39,666 nucleotides of DNA, from positions 1 through 39,666 of the forward strand of contig JAWOBN010000014.1 of assembly GCA_046484245.1 (NCBI GenBank). Reading direction: 5' to 3'. Shown piece by piece: positions 26,604-37,584 of the stretch (position 1 is the first letter of the stretch; every line of letters begins with the position of its first letter). This DNA comes from a bacterium (lineage in GTDB: Bacteria > Hydrothermota > 32-111). A program made the translations under genes and the position numbers. The notes under the pieces were generated by a model that searched no databases, had not been told where the DNA came from, and saw nothing but the letters and a program-made list of their open reading frames with translations.

Positions 26604-27256
26604 TAAGTTCACTGATCAGATCCCTGGAATTTGAGAAACGCCACTACAGGTCATATATGAATATCAGCAGTGATTTGTTCCATAATACTTATGAGAATAT
26701 CAAGGATAGGCTGAATGCCTGTTCTGCATGTCCCCTGAGCAGTACTGCAGCCAATAAGGTAATGGGTTACGGCAGTATTGATGCGGATATTATGCTCATA
26801 GGAGAGGCGCCGGGAGCTACTGAGGATGCAAGAGGCAAGCCCTTTGTCGGGAGGGCAGGCGAAAAGCTCACTCAGATGCTTCAGTATATTGGTTTGGAGC
26901 GTTCTGATGTATATATCACAAATATTGTCAAATGCAGGCCGCCTGATAACCGCGATCCCCGCAGTGATGAAATTGAAGCCTGCGCCGGCTTTCTGGAAAT
27001 GGAAATTGAGCTTGTAGATCCCGGTTTTATAATGCCTCTGGGGAGATTCGCCTCCAGGCATATTCTCGGCAGAGAGGGAAGGATGAAGGATTTGAGCGGA
27101 CATGTGTTCCAAAAGGATAACCGCTGCATCATACCCACATTTCACCCCTCATCACTGCTTATACAAAAGGGAGACAGATACAAGGAAACAAGGAAACGCA
27201 TTGCAGATGATCTGAAGAGAATGCAGACATTGCTGGAGGAGAATGACAATGGATAA
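26591..27256 (+). CDS. udg: Uracil-DNA glycosylase family 4
   Basis: CxxC.L, GEAPG, PFVG.AG, NIVKCRPP.NR.P and HPS motifs. Start position uncertain. Confidence 0.93.
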   Translation: MDKIISSLIRSLEFEKRHYRSYMNISSDLFHNTYENIKDRLNACSACPLSSTAANKVMGYGSIDADIMLIGEAPGATEDARGKPFVGRAGEKLTQMLQYIGLERSDVYITNIVKCRPPDNRDPRSDEIEACAGFLEMEIELVDPGFIMPLGRFASRHILGREGRMKDLSGHVFQKDNRCIIPTFHPSSLLIQKGDRYKETRKRIADDLKRMQTLLEENDNG

Positions 27257-28565
27257 ACCGTATTCCAAAGCTGCAGAACTCGCAGTCATAGGTGCTGTTC
27301 TGATTGATGCACCGAGTGTAATATCTGAGGTAGTGACAAAGCTTACAGAGGATTATTTCTATTTCAGTCAGAACAGGCTGATATTCTCAATTATACTGGA
27401 TATGTATGAAGCAAATGAGAAGATAGACCTCCTCACAGTCAAGGAAAAATTGAGAAAGAAGAAACAGATTGATGAAGCAGGGGGAGAGGATTATATCAAT
27501 GATGCAACCAGGGAGCTCTCTTATATAGGCAATATTGATGAGTATATAAAAATTGTTGAGGATAAATTTGTGCTGAGGCATCTCATAGAGACAAGCAAGA
27601 AGATAACTGAACACTGTTACAGTGAACTGGATGTTGATCAGATAATTGATCTGGCAGAATCGGAGATTTTCAAGGTTCAGGAGCATAGATATAAACAGGA
27701 CATAATTTCAATAGAGAGCAAGATAGGTGATGTCAAAAAGGCAATAGAAAAATCAAAGAGGGAGAAAAGGGCAATCACGGGAATACCCACGGGTTTTGCT
27801 GACCTGGACAGTTTAACAACCGGTTTTCATCCCGGTGAATTCATAGTACTGGCAGCCCGGCCCGGTGTCGGCAAAACAAGTTTTGCACTCAATATGCTTA
27901 TTAATTCCTGTGTAAAGGATGAATTCTCCGGTCTGATATTCTCACTGGAAATGACATCGGACCAGCTGATTCAAAGAATGCTCTGCTCCCATGCCCAGAT
28001 ACCGGGGCAGAAGCTGAGAAAGGGTATGATCAATTCCAATGATTATCACAATATAACAGTTGCATTGAATGAATTCAGCAAATCAAGCATTTATATAGAT
28101 GATTCCACAGTGGGTACTCCCATTGATATCAAGGCAAAGGCGAGGAGACTTAAAAAGGACAAGAAACTTGATTTCCTTATCATTGATTACCTGCAGATGA
28201 TGCGGCTCGGCCGGAGGGCGGAGAATAAACAGATAGAGGTTTCGGAGATATCCCGCTCATTGAAGCTGCTTGCCAAGGAACTCAATATACCGGTAATATC
28301 CCTTGCTCAATTGTCAAGGAATCCGGAGAGAAGGGAGAGCAAGAAACCCGTACTTTCCGATATCAGGGATTCAGGCAGTATTGAGCAGGATGCCGATGTG
28401 GTGATATTCATACACAGGGATTTCAAGAAAGGCAGTAATCTTGATGATGCAAGACTGATAATTGCCAAACAGAGAAACGGGCCTGTCGGTGAGATCAATG
28501 TTTACTTTGACAATGCCCTGACACAATTCAAATTAAAGTCAATTGCAGGACAGACCGAGTCATGA
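27243..28565 (+). CDS. dnaB: Replicative DNA helicase
   Basis: AARPGVGKT, FSLEM, IDYLQ, QLSR, SDIRDSGSIEQDAD and KQRNGP motifs. No intein. Confidence 0.97.
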   Translation: MTMDKPYSKAAELAVIGAVLIDAPSVISEVVTKLTEDYFYFSQNRLIFSIILDMYEANEKIDLLTVKEKLRKKKQIDEAGGEDYINDATRELSYIGNIDEYIKIVEDKFVLRHLIETSKKITEHCYSELDVDQIIDLAESEIFKVQEHRYKQDIISIESKIGDVKKAIEKSKREKRAITGIPTGFADLDSLTTGFHPGEFIVLAARPGVGKTSFALNMLINSCVKDEFSGLIFSLEMTSDQLIQRMLCSHAQIPGQKLRKGMINSNDYHNITVALNEFSKSSIYIDDSTVGTPIDIKAKARRLKKDKKLDFLIIDYLQMMRLGRRAENKQIEVSEISRSLKLLAKELNIPVISLAQLSRNPERRESKKPVLSDIRDSGSIEQDADVVIFIHRDFKKGSNLDDARLIIAKQRNGPVGEINVYFDNALTQFKLKSIAGQTES

Positions 28566-29317
28566 TGGGTTATCTGAGCAGGATATTCTATAATACTGGC
28601 GGCCTTGCAATCTTAACTTTTGAATTATTCAAATCTATAAGACATATCAGAAGGCATATATCAGATATCATATATCACATATACGATATATCAGCCAATT
28701 CCATGCTTGTCATGATACTGGGTGCATTCTTCCTCGGTATGGTAGCCTCGTATCAGATTGCCTATCAGATGCGCAATTACATACCAATGGTGTATCTCAG
28801 TGCTTTGGTGACACAGTCCGTAATACTGGAATTGGGGCCGCTCATGACAGGTATTGCATTTGCCGGCAGGGTCACATCATCAACTGCAGCTGAGATAACT
28901 TCAATGAAGACAACTGATCAGATAGATGCCCTCAGAGTGATGTCCATAAACCCGGTGGAGTATCTTGTATTGCCGAGAGTCACTGCTGCTGTACTGATAA
29001 TTCCGTTCCTCACAGTGATTGTTGAGTTTGTCATCATACTGGGAGCATTCATAATTGCTGTTGCAGGTCTTGATATACCTGTCAATGTATTTCTGGAGGG
29101 AACGCAGAAGAACTTTGAGATCATTCATGTATTCGGGGGTATGCTCAAATCTGTGTTCTTCGGATTCTTCACTGTGCTTATTCCCTGCTACTTTGCCTTC
29201 AATGCAGGCCACGGGTCCAAGGCAGTGGGGGATACAACTACAAAAGCGGTTATTATCAGTGTAATATGCGTCATTATTGTTGATTATATACTGACAAGGA
29301 TGATATTTGTATGGTAA
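28562..29317 (+). CDS. mlaE: MlaE family ABC transporter permease
   Basis: ELGP, AGRV...AEI..MK..DQIDAL, P..YLV.PR and VG..TT.AV motifs. Confidence 0.93.
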   Translation: MMGYLSRIFYNTGGLAILTFELFKSIRHIRRHISDIIYHIYDISANSMLVMILGAFFLGMVASYQIAYQMRNYIPMVYLSALVTQSVILELGPLMTGIAFAGRVTSSTAAEITSMKTTDQIDALRVMSINPVEYLVLPRVTAAVLIIPFLTVIVEFVIILGAFIIAVAGLDIPVNVFLEGTQKNFEIIHVFGGMLKSVFFGFFTVLIPCYFAFNAGHGSKAVGDTTTKAVIISVICVIIVDYILTRMIFVW

Positions 29318-30042
29318 CAGTCAGTAATCTTACCAAACATTTCGGAGCGGAGGGTATAGACAATATTTCATTTTCCATTGAAAAGGGCAGTGTGCTCCTG
29401 ATAATCGGCAGAAGCGGGTCAGGCAAGACATTGCTTCTCAAAATACTGCTGGGACTTGTTGAACCTGACAGCGGAGAGGCTTATATTGACAGGTTCAAGG
29501 TGTCCGGCAGAAACCGTGATTATCCTCAGAGTGTACGCAAGAGCACAGGTGTTCTTTTCCAGAACAGTGCGCTCTTTGATTCAATGAATGTCAGTGAGAA
29601 TCTGCGTGTGCCGATGCAGTACAATAATGAGATTGAACCGGAAAATTACAGGGACATATCCGAATATATGCTGAAAACCGTGAAGCTTCCCGGCATACTT
29701 GAAAAAAACATACATGAACTGTCAGGGGGCATGAAGAGAAGGGTTGCTATTGCAAGGGCTCTTGTCAATAATCCTTCTATAATATTCTATGATGAACCTG
29801 TTACAGGACTGGATCCTATGACAGGCAAGAGTATAATTGACCTGATAAGGGAGCTCTGCCTTAATAGAGAGAATACCTCTGTTATTATAACCCATGATCT
29901 GAGGGGATTCCTTGAATTTGCAGACAATGTACTGCTCCTTGAATCCGGGGAAAGATATTTTTTCGGCAGTACGGAGGAATTTATGAAGAGTGAAAGAGAG
30001 TTGATAGTTACATATCTTAAAACGGCGGGATATTATGAATAA
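29311..30042 (+). CDS. mlaF: MlaF/Mkl-type ABC transporter ATP-binding protein
   Basis: GRSGSGKT, FQ.SALFDS, LSGGMKRRVAIARAL and YDEP..GLDP motifs. Confidence 0.92.
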   Translation: MVTVSNLTKHFGAEGIDNISFSIEKGSVLLIIGRSGSGKTLLLKILLGLVEPDSGEAYIDRFKVSGRNRDYPQSVRKSTGVLFQNSALFDSMNVSENLRVPMQYNNEIEPENYRDISEYMLKTVKLPGILEKNIHELSGGMKRRVAIARALVNNPSIIFYDEPVTGLDPMTGKSIIDLIRELCLNRENTSVIITHDLRGFLEFADNVLLLESGERYFFGSTEEFMKSERELIVTYLKTAGYYE

Positions 30043-30817
30043 AAAAACAATTTATCTCGGAATTATTGTCATTACAGCATTGGCAATACTGCTGATTGTA
30101 AGCATCTATATGAATGAGATAAGATTCTCGGTAAATCAGCAAAAGGTATTTGTTAAATTTTCAAATATCAATGGCTTGAAAATTGATGATGAGGTGAGGA
30201 TACGCGGTGTGAAATGCGGTCAGGTCAAGTCAATAGAACTGCATGATAATTTCGTGCTTGTCACACTGAATGTGAAAAAGTCAACGGATATTGCGTCCAA
30301 TTCAATTGCAGGCATACATGATTTTGCATTCATAGGGGGCACCAAATACATAATGCTGTACCCGGGAAACAGTGAGAAGCCCTATCATCTGCCTGATACA
30401 TTAAATGGTGAGAATTATGATTTCTCAATGGCAAAGATATCAGTCCTTCTGCAGGATATCAGGACAATGCTGGAAAGATCCATACCTGAGCCGGAAGTTG
30501 TCAGCGGTATGATGGATTCACTGAATCTTGTACTGAGTAATGCCAATAGACTTATTGAAACAGGCAACACGGGACTCACTGAAATATCCGGTAATCTTGA
30601 GGCATCATCATACAGACTCAAATCCCTGCTGGACACAACCTACATAGCATTGAACAGTGTCAAGAACCAGATAGACCAGTTCAGGGCAAAGGACAATTCA
30701 CTCAAATCATTCATGGAGAGTGATACTCTGTACAGAAAATTTGAGAAGAGCATTGACCGTCTGGACAGAATGCTCAAATCAGTGGAGAACAATCCGGTCG
30801 GGAGAGGATGCCTGTGA
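30035..30817 (+). CDS. mlaD: MlaD/MCE family protein
   Basis: N-terminal TM, GL....V..RGV..G.V MCE domain and helical C-terminus. Confidence 0.9.
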   Translation: MNKKTIYLGIIVITALAILLIVSIYMNEIRFSVNQQKVFVKFSNINGLKIDDEVRIRGVKCGQVKSIELHDNFVLVTLNVKKSTDIASNSIAGIHDFAFIGGTKYIMLYPGNSEKPYHLPDTLNGENYDFSMAKISVLLQDIRTMLERSIPEPEVVSGMMDSLNLVLSNANRLIETGNTGLTEISGNLEASSYRLKSLLDTTYIALNSVKNQIDQFRAKDNSLKSFMESDTLYRKFEKSIDRLDRMLKSVENNPVGRGCL

Positions 30818-32121
30818 AGGAGAAGAAACAGTATGTATGCAAGGAATGCGGGTTCAAGGCATCCACAATGTACGGCAGATGCCCTCATTGCAATGCATGG
30901 GACTCTATGGTGGTGGAGACAAGGGGCAGCAGGAAGACCCCCAAGGCGGATATAGCAGTAAGGAATCTTGATGATATAGAATTATCCGGTTATGATGTTA
31001 TCAGCACAAAGTCCGAGCATATAAACAGGCTCTTTGGAGAGGGAATTGTAAAGGGTGAGATTATTCTCATATCCGGTGCACCGGGTGTGGGGAAATCAAC
31101 ATTTGCCTTTTTTCTTGCAGCCACATTGCCGGGTGCCCGGATACTGTACATATCAGGTGAGGAATCCCCCGTACAGCTGAAATTAAGGGCTGAGCGCCTC
31201 AGTGTGGGGTCAAACATAGACATAATAACGACAAATTATGCAGAGGATTTCACTGAATACATAGACAGCAGGTATGACCTCATAATAATAGATTCAATAC
31301 AGACAGTTAACAGCAGGGAGAACACTGGTGTATCCGGTTCACCGACAATGGTAAAACTCGTTCTTGCCATGATAGCAGCCAAGGCAAAGGTCAATGGTGT
31401 GCCTGTTCTGATAATAGGGCATATCACAAAGGACGGTTCTATTGCAGGTCCCAAGACATTGGAACACATGGTTGACAGTGTGTTCATCATTGAGAAATTG
31501 AGAAACAATATGCGTGTTGTCCGTTCATTGAAGAACAGATTCGGTTCCACAGACGAGATTGTTCTGCTCAATATGAAGAGCAGCGGGTTTGAACTCATAG
31601 AGAATATGGATATGGTGAATACGGGGAGCAGCCCGGGAATCGGCAAATGCATATCATGCACAATGAAGGGAAGCATGCCTGTTGCAGTAGAGATACAGGG
31701 GCTTGCAGCATTATCCAAATACGGTACACCACAGAGGGTATCAGGCGGAATCCCGTTCAAGCGCATACAAATGCTTTTGGGAGTAATGGACAAATACATG
31801 GATATCAATCTCGGGAACAGGGATGTCTTTGTCAATGTATCCAATGGCATAAAGATTGATGATCCGCTCTGTGATCTGGCAGTTGTGTTCTCACTTTACT
31901 CATCATACAAAAATTACAGTATAAGGGGGAAAACGGGATTTATAGGAGAGGTCAATCTGTCCGGTGAGATCATATCAACCCCTGACAGTGTCCCGAGGAT
32001 CAGGCATCTGGTGAAAATGGGCATAACAGAGATATTCATGCCTGCAGGGCTTGAAATTACCTTTGATAATATTAATATGATAGAAATAAAGAAGATGGGA
32101 GATATCAAAAATTATGTATAA
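30808..32121 (+). CDS. radA: DNA repair protein RadA/Sms
   Basis: C4 zinc finger, GAPGVGKST, SGEES, DSIQT, AGPK.LEHMVD and KNRFG motifs. Confidence 0.96.
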   Translation: MPVKEKKQYVCKECGFKASTMYGRCPHCNAWDSMVVETRGSRKTPKADIAVRNLDDIELSGYDVISTKSEHINRLFGEGIVKGEIILISGAPGVGKSTFAFFLAATLPGARILYISGEESPVQLKLRAERLSVGSNIDIITTNYAEDFTEYIDSRYDLIIIDSIQTVNSRENTGVSGSPTMVKLVLAMIAAKAKVNGVPVLIIGHITKDGSIAGPKTLEHMVDSVFIIEKLRNNMRVVRSLKNRFGSTDEIVLLNMKSSGFELIENMDMVNTGSSPGIGKCISCTMKGSMPVAVEIQGLAALSKYGTPQRVSGGIPFKRIQMLLGVMDKYMDINLGNRDVFVNVSNGIKIDDPLCDLAVVFSLYSSYKNYSIRGKTGFIGEVNLSGEIISTPDSVPRIRHLVKMGITEIFMPAGLEITFDNINMIEIKKMGDIKNYV

Positions 32122-33838
32122 CAACTGGATAATAAACAAGAATGATCAGAAGGAGAAAGCCCGCCACCTGGCAGAATCACTTGATATCCCGCTCAGGATT
32201 ATTGAGATTCTCATGAACAGGGGAATTGAAGAAGAAGAGGAACTGAGAAAGATGCTGTACCCCTCAATTGATGACATGCATGACCCCTTTGAGATGAAGG
32301 ATATGGAGAAGGGGGTCAGGAGAATAATAAAGGCTGTTGAAAATCACGAAAAGGTTATGATCTTCGGCGATTATGATGCAGACGGCATAACCTCTACCTC
32401 ACTGATGTATGATTTTCTGAAGGGAGAGGGAATTGTACCGGAATATTTTATTCCCAACAGGGTTGATGACGGTTACGGTCTCTCAAGGAGAGGCCTGGAT
32501 ATTGCAGTTGACAAGAATATTGACCTTCTCATAACAGTGGACTGCGGCATAACGGGATTTGCTGAAATAGATTATGCGAGGAAGCAGGGCATTGACTGTA
32601 TTGTAACAGACCATCATGAGGTTCTTGAAAAGATCCCCAATGCAACAGCAGTGATCAATCCGCACAGATATGATGACAGATACCCTTTCAAGTATCTTGC
32701 AGGCTGCGGTGTTGTCCTTAAATTGATACAGGGTTATAAGAAGATGAAAGGGGATGACCCAGCGGATATTGACAAATATCTTGACCTTGTGGCTCTGGGC
32801 ACTGTTGCTGATGTTGTGCCCCTCATTGATGAAAACCGCATAATAACATATTTCGGACTGAAACAATTTGCCCAGACCCGCAATCTCGGCATCAGGGCAT
32901 TATGTGATATTGCAGGTGTAAACAGAAATAAAATAGCTGCATTCCATATAGGATTTGTTCTGGCTCCCAGGATCAATGCAGTCGGCAGGATGTCTGATGC
33001 ATCAGAGGCAGTGAAGCTCTTCACAACCGAGGATGAGACAGAGACAAGGCTTATTGCAAGGGATTTGGATCTTGAGAACAGAAAGAGAAGAAAGATTGAC
33101 CAGGAGGTCTATGAGGAGGCAGTGGAACTGATAGAGAGGGATAAACTCTATAACCGCAATGCCATTATTCTTGCCAATGAGAACTGGCATGAGGGTGTTA
33201 TAGGCATTGTGGCATCCAGGCTTGTTGAAAAGTACTATAAACCCATAATCATGATTTCCATGGCAGACGGCATAGGCAAGGGTTCGGGCAGGTCAATACC
33301 GGATTTTCATATGTATGATGCCCTTGTTCAGGTGGATGATCTGCTGGAGTCATTCGGGGGTCATAAACTTGCTGCAGGCATCAGTATAAAGAGCAATAAA
33401 CTGGATGAATTCAGGAAGAAATTTGAAGAGCTTGCCCAGTCAGGTATTGAAGAGATAAGTAAAACCCCGACAATTGAAATTGATGCATCCCTTGAACTCA
33501 GTGAAATTGACGATAATCTGGAAGAAAAACTGAAACTCCTCGCACCATTCGGATTCGGCAATCCGAGACCTGTTTTCATGAGCAGTGATATCAATGTTAT
33601 CGGTTATCCTCTTATGCTCAAGGACAGGCATATGAGATTTGTTGTCGGGAATAATGATTGTTCATTTGATTCTATCTGGTTTAATAATGGAAAGGAGATG
33701 ATAGCTGATCTTATTGATCCGGAGTCCGTAATTGATATTGCATACTATATCAAGAGAAATAATTTTCAGGGAAAGAATGAGATACAGCTTCAGATCAAGG
33801 ATATCAAGATAAGGGATTTGGAAAGTGATGAAGAATGA
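32114..33838 (+). CDS. recJ: Single-stranded-DNA-specific exonuclease RecJ
   Basis: GDYDADG, TVDCG, TDHH, LGTVAD, PRINAVGR, GSGRS, GGH..AAG, PFG.GN..P and C-terminal OB region. 574 aa. Confidence 0.97.
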   Translation: MYNNWIINKNDQKEKARHLAESLDIPLRIIEILMNRGIEEEEELRKMLYPSIDDMHDPFEMKDMEKGVRRIIKAVENHEKVMIFGDYDADGITSTSLMYDFLKGEGIVPEYFIPNRVDDGYGLSRRGLDIAVDKNIDLLITVDCGITGFAEIDYARKQGIDCIVTDHHEVLEKIPNATAVINPHRYDDRYPFKYLAGCGVVLKLIQGYKKMKGDDPADIDKYLDLVALGTVADVVPLIDENRIITYFGLKQFAQTRNLGIRALCDIAGVNRNKIAAFHIGFVLAPRINAVGRMSDASEAVKLFTTEDETETRLIARDLDLENRKRRKIDQEVYEEAVELIERDKLYNRNAIILANENWHEGVIGIVASRLVEKYYKPIIMISMADGIGKGSGRSIPDFHMYDALVQVDDLLESFGGHKLAAGISIKSNKLDEFRKKFEELAQSGIEEISKTPTIEIDASLELSEIDDNLEEKLKLLAPFGFGNPRPVFMSSDINVIGYPLMLKDRHMRFVVGNNDCSFDSIWFNNGKEMIADLIDPESVIDIAYYIKRNNFQGKNEIQLQIKDIKIRDLESDEE

Positions 33839-34469
33839 TTTTATTGTCTCAGATAAACTCCATCCCTACAGGATTGCAGTATCTGTAAGGAATAATGATA
33901 ATGAAGCAGATTATGACAGTATTGCCCGTCAGATAGTCCCGCAGGATAGAAAGCCTGTGCACATCAAACAGGTTCATTCAGAGAGAATATGCTCTGTGGA
34001 GGAGGGATGCAGTGAAGGGGACGGAATCTACACCAATAATATGATATATGCCCCTTATGTCGTGACAGCAGACTGTTTCAGTGTATTCTTTCATACTGGG
34101 CAAGCAGGAAAATTCGGTGTAATACATGCCGGCTGGCGTTCTGTGGCAGGGGGTATAATTGATTATCTCAATAATCTTCTCAGCGGCCATTCATCCGTAC
34201 TGATAGGTCAGGGTATATGCAGAAGCCATTTTACTGTCGGGCGTGATGTAATGGAGATCTTTGAGAAGAAATTCGGAAGCACTTACATAGGAGAAGCGGA
34301 TAATAAATACACTGTTGACCTGAGGGGCATAATAGAGTCCCGGCTGAAGGAAAATGCAGATATCCATCATCTGAGTCTCTGCAATGTCTGCAGTAATGAG
34401 ATACTTTATTCATACAGAAAAGAAGAAACAACAAAACGCAATGTATCCCTTATATGGAGTATGCGATGA
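33825..34469 (+). CDS. pgeF: PgeF/YfiH (laccase-domain) protein
   Basis: QVHS, GDG, TADC, HAGWR and YSYR motifs. Confidence 0.92.
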   Translation: MMKNDFIVSDKLHPYRIAVSVRNNDNEADYDSIARQIVPQDRKPVHIKQVHSERICSVEEGCSEGDGIYTNNMIYAPYVVTADCFSVFFHTGQAGKFGVIHAGWRSVAGGIIDYLNNLLSGHSSVLIGQGICRSHFTVGRDVMEIFEKKFGSTYIGEADNKYTVDLRGIIESRLKENADIHHLSLCNVCSNEILYSYRKEETTKRNVSLIWSMR

Positions 34470-36487
34470 AAAGAATTATGCTTTTGATAATGCTGATTGC
34501 CGCAACAATCTGCATTTCCGGACTGACTGTTGATTATGAATGGAAACACATAACAGGCCGCGTCAATGCAGTTGCGCCCAGACCCTTTATAATAAGAATA
34601 GATGCTGAGGGGGACAGTCTTGAAAATTACTATGCTGTTTTCTCCACTGTTGAAGGCAAGGGCAGAGTTCTGACAGAGAAGGTCTATCCCGATTCTGCGG
34701 GAATCATAAAAGCCAATGTCCAGACATCACCCAAAATGGAGAATAATATATACATGGCTCAGATATTCAAAGACAATGAGCTGGCCAAGGTATGCAATTT
34801 CTCCGTATTCGGTCTGAACTGGCTGGAGATACTCTTCGGTATTGTAGGTGGTCTGGGATTATTCCTCTTCGGTCTCAAATACATGTCTGACGGACTGCAA
34901 AAGGTTGCAGGCGACAGGATGCGCAATATAATAGCGAAATTGACGAAGAACACATTCTTTGCTGTCATAATGGGACTTACTGTGACAAGTATGATACAGT
35001 CATCATCAGCTACAACTGTCATGGTTGTAGGACTTGTCAATGCGGGTCTTATGAATCTCGCTCAGTCCATTGGCGTGATAATGGGAGCCAATATAGGAAC
35101 AACAATAACAGCACAGCTCATTGCATTCCGTCTCGGCGACTATGCCCTCCCTGCAATTGCATTGGGTGTTGCAATGCTGCTCTTTGCAAAGAAAACCAAA
35201 TACAGGTTCTGGGGCGAGGTATTATTCGGATTCGGACTCCTGTTCCTCGGTATGAATATGATGTCATCAACAGTACATCCCCTGAGGGAAGCACCCCAGA
35301 TTACGGAATTCTTCATCAGGTTCAGCGATAACCCGGCTCTTGCAATGCTCACAGGTGTTATTATGACTGTTATAGTCCAGTCATCATCAGCAACAGTGGG
35401 CCTTACAATAGTACTGGCTTCACAGGGGCTTATTGACATATACGGGGCAGTACCCCTTGTTCTGGGTGAAAATATCGGCACAACAATAACAGCGGGATTT
35501 GCAGCATTATCCTCAAATATCAATGGTAAACGGGCGGCTCTCGTGCATGCCCTCTTCAATGTACTGGGAGTCACCTATATGCTCATTGCATTCTATACAT
35601 TCAAGATAAGGGGAGTACCGGCATATCTGAGACTTGTGGATGTCATAACACCGGGCAATAATCTGGAGGGGGAGAATATAGCGCGATACATTGCAAACTC
35701 CCATTCAATATTCAATATATTCAATACCCTGTTATTCATACCATTTGCAGGTGTATTGAAATTTATTGTTGAGAAGATGGTGCCTGACAGGGGTGAGAAG
35801 AGAGTGGAGGAAATAAAAGCCCTCTATCTTGATGATAATCTGCTGAGTACTCCTTCTATAGCAGTTCAGCAGGTAAGAAGGGAGATGGAGCATATGCTTG
35901 ATACTGCTATGGAGTCCATTGAACTTGCAACAGAGACAATTCTCAAGAATAAATCGGAGAATATTGACAGGGTGAAATTTCTGGAAAGCAAGACAGATTA
36001 TCTGCAGAATATAATAACCAAATATCTTATTGAGATATCCAAAGGTGAACTCTTTGAGAATGAAGCAGGTTCACTGCCTGTCTATATTCATTCAATAAAT
36101 GATATAGAGAGGGTAGGTGATCATGCCATTAATCTGATAGAGTTTTATCAGGAGAAATCTGATTCGGGACTGGAATTCTCCGAGGAGGCTGCAGGGGAGA
36201 TACTCATTATGAAAAATGATCTGATGCGCATGATAGATATTGTTCGTGATAATCTTGAGGATCCCGAGAAGGAAGAACTGGAGAGATGTTTTATTATTGA
36301 AGAGAATATCAACAGGAATGAAAAGCTCTTTGCGAAACAGCATGCAGTGAGAATGACTCAGAAGGTCTGTGACATCAGCGCCAATGCTGTTTTCAATGAC
36401 ATACTTGCCACTTATGAGAAAGCAGGTGATCATATACTCAATATTGCCCAGGCAATATACAATAAATTTGAATGGAGTGAATTATGA
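34466..36487 (+). CDS. Na/Pi cotransporter with PhoU-like C-terminus and extra N-terminal exported domain
   Basis: GGLGLFLFG, two QSSSAT and two G.NIGTT repeats, and PhoU-like ERVGDH/EKAGDH. Start placed at ATG 34466 (SD ggag). Confidence 0.93.
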   Translation: MKRIMLLIMLIAATICISGLTVDYEWKHITGRVNAVAPRPFIIRIDAEGDSLENYYAVFSTVEGKGRVLTEKVYPDSAGIIKANVQTSPKMENNIYMAQIFKDNELAKVCNFSVFGLNWLEILFGIVGGLGLFLFGLKYMSDGLQKVAGDRMRNIIAKLTKNTFFAVIMGLTVTSMIQSSSATTVMVVGLVNAGLMNLAQSIGVIMGANIGTTITAQLIAFRLGDYALPAIALGVAMLLFAKKTKYRFWGEVLFGFGLLFLGMNMMSSTVHPLREAPQITEFFIRFSDNPALAMLTGVIMTVIVQSSSATVGLTIVLASQGLIDIYGAVPLVLGENIGTTITAGFAALSSNINGKRAALVHALFNVLGVTYMLIAFYTFKIRGVPAYLRLVDVITPGNNLEGENIARYIANSHSIFNIFNTLLFIPFAGVLKFIVEKMVPDRGEKRVEEIKALYLDDNLLSTPSIAVQQVRREMEHMLDTAMESIELATETILKNKSENIDRVKFLESKTDYLQNIITKYLIEISKGELFENEAGSLPVYIHSINDIERVGDHAINLIEFYQEKSDSGLEFSEEAAGEILIMKNDLMRMIDIVRDNLEDPEKEELERCFIIEENINRNEKLFAKQHAVRMTQKVCDISANAVFNDILATYEKAGDHILNIAQAIYNKFEWSEL

Positions 36488-37584
36488 TGAAATTCAGAAG
36501 TGCATTGGATTCAATAAAACCGTATATTCCCGGTAAACCTATAAAAGAGGTCAAAAGGGAACTCGGTATTAAAGGGGATATTATCAAACTTGCCTCCAAT
36601 GAGAATCCGCTGGGTCCATCCCCCAAAGCAGTTGAAGCATTGATGAGAACAGTGAGTGGAGTCAATATCTATCCGGATGATTCCAACTACTATCTGAGAG
36701 AGAAAATCGCGGATATAAGGCATTGCTCTCCTGATAGCATAATGGTGGGCAATGGTTCTGTTGAGGTGCTTCACATTGCTGTTTCTGCTGTCTGCGGTGC
36801 AGGCTCAATTCTTGTAAGAAGCAACAGGGCATTTATAATGTCACTCATATCCCCCAGGATAATGGGAGCAGATGTTGTAAGCATGGATATGAAGGATTTC
36901 AGGCATGATCATATGGCGCTTGTCAGCACTGTTTTGAAGAAGAATGCGGATGTGCTTTATATTGATAATCCGACCAATCCCCTCGGCACAATACTCTCAG
37001 AAGAGGAGATTAAGTATATTCTTGAAAATACGCCGCAGTCAACAATGATAATACTGGATGAAGCTTATAATGAATATCTTGATGATAATGAGAAGGTTGA
37101 ATGGAGCAAATATATTGATAAGTACAGCAATCTTGTCCTCCTCTCAACATTCTCCAAGATATACGGTCTTGCCGGTTTGAGAATCGGCTATATGATAGCA
37201 AACAGGAGCACAATAAAGAAAATAGGCAAGGTCCGTCTTCCTTTCAATGTCAACAGTCCTGCCCAGAATGCTGCAATGGCTGCTTTGGATGACAGTGAGT
37301 TTATTGAAAAGAGCAGGATTATGAATAATGGAGGCAGGAAGTTTCTCAGCGGGGAATTGGGTGCAATGGGACTTGAAACAGTGGAGTCACACACCAATTT
37401 CATAACATTCCGGCTGCCTGTTGATGCAGACGGGGTATTCATGCATCTGCAGAAGAGGGGGGTAATTGCAAGACCGCTCACCAATTACGGTATGAAAGAA
37501 TACATGCGTGTTACAATAGGAACACCCGGTCAGAACAGAATATTCATAGAAAAACTCAAGGAGGTTCTCAGTGAAATTCAATGA
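36484..37584 (+). CDS. hisC: Histidinol-phosphate aminotransferase family
   Basis: KLASNENP.G, YPD, NP.NP.G, DEAY and PLP motif TFSKIYGLAGLRIGY. Confidence 0.92.
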   Translation: MMKFRSALDSIKPYIPGKPIKEVKRELGIKGDIIKLASNENPLGPSPKAVEALMRTVSGVNIYPDDSNYYLREKIADIRHCSPDSIMVGNGSVEVLHIAVSAVCGAGSILVRSNRAFIMSLISPRIMGADVVSMDMKDFRHDHMALVSTVLKKNADVLYIDNPTNPLGTILSEEEIKYILENTPQSTMIILDEAYNEYLDDNEKVEWSKYIDKYSNLVLLSTFSKIYGLAGLRIGYMIANRSTIKKIGKVRLPFNVNSPAQNAAMAALDDSEFIEKSRIMNNGGRKFLSGELGAMGLETVESHTNFITFRLPVDADGVFMHLQKRGVIARPLTNYGMKEYMRVTIGTPGQNRIFIEKLKEVLSEIQ

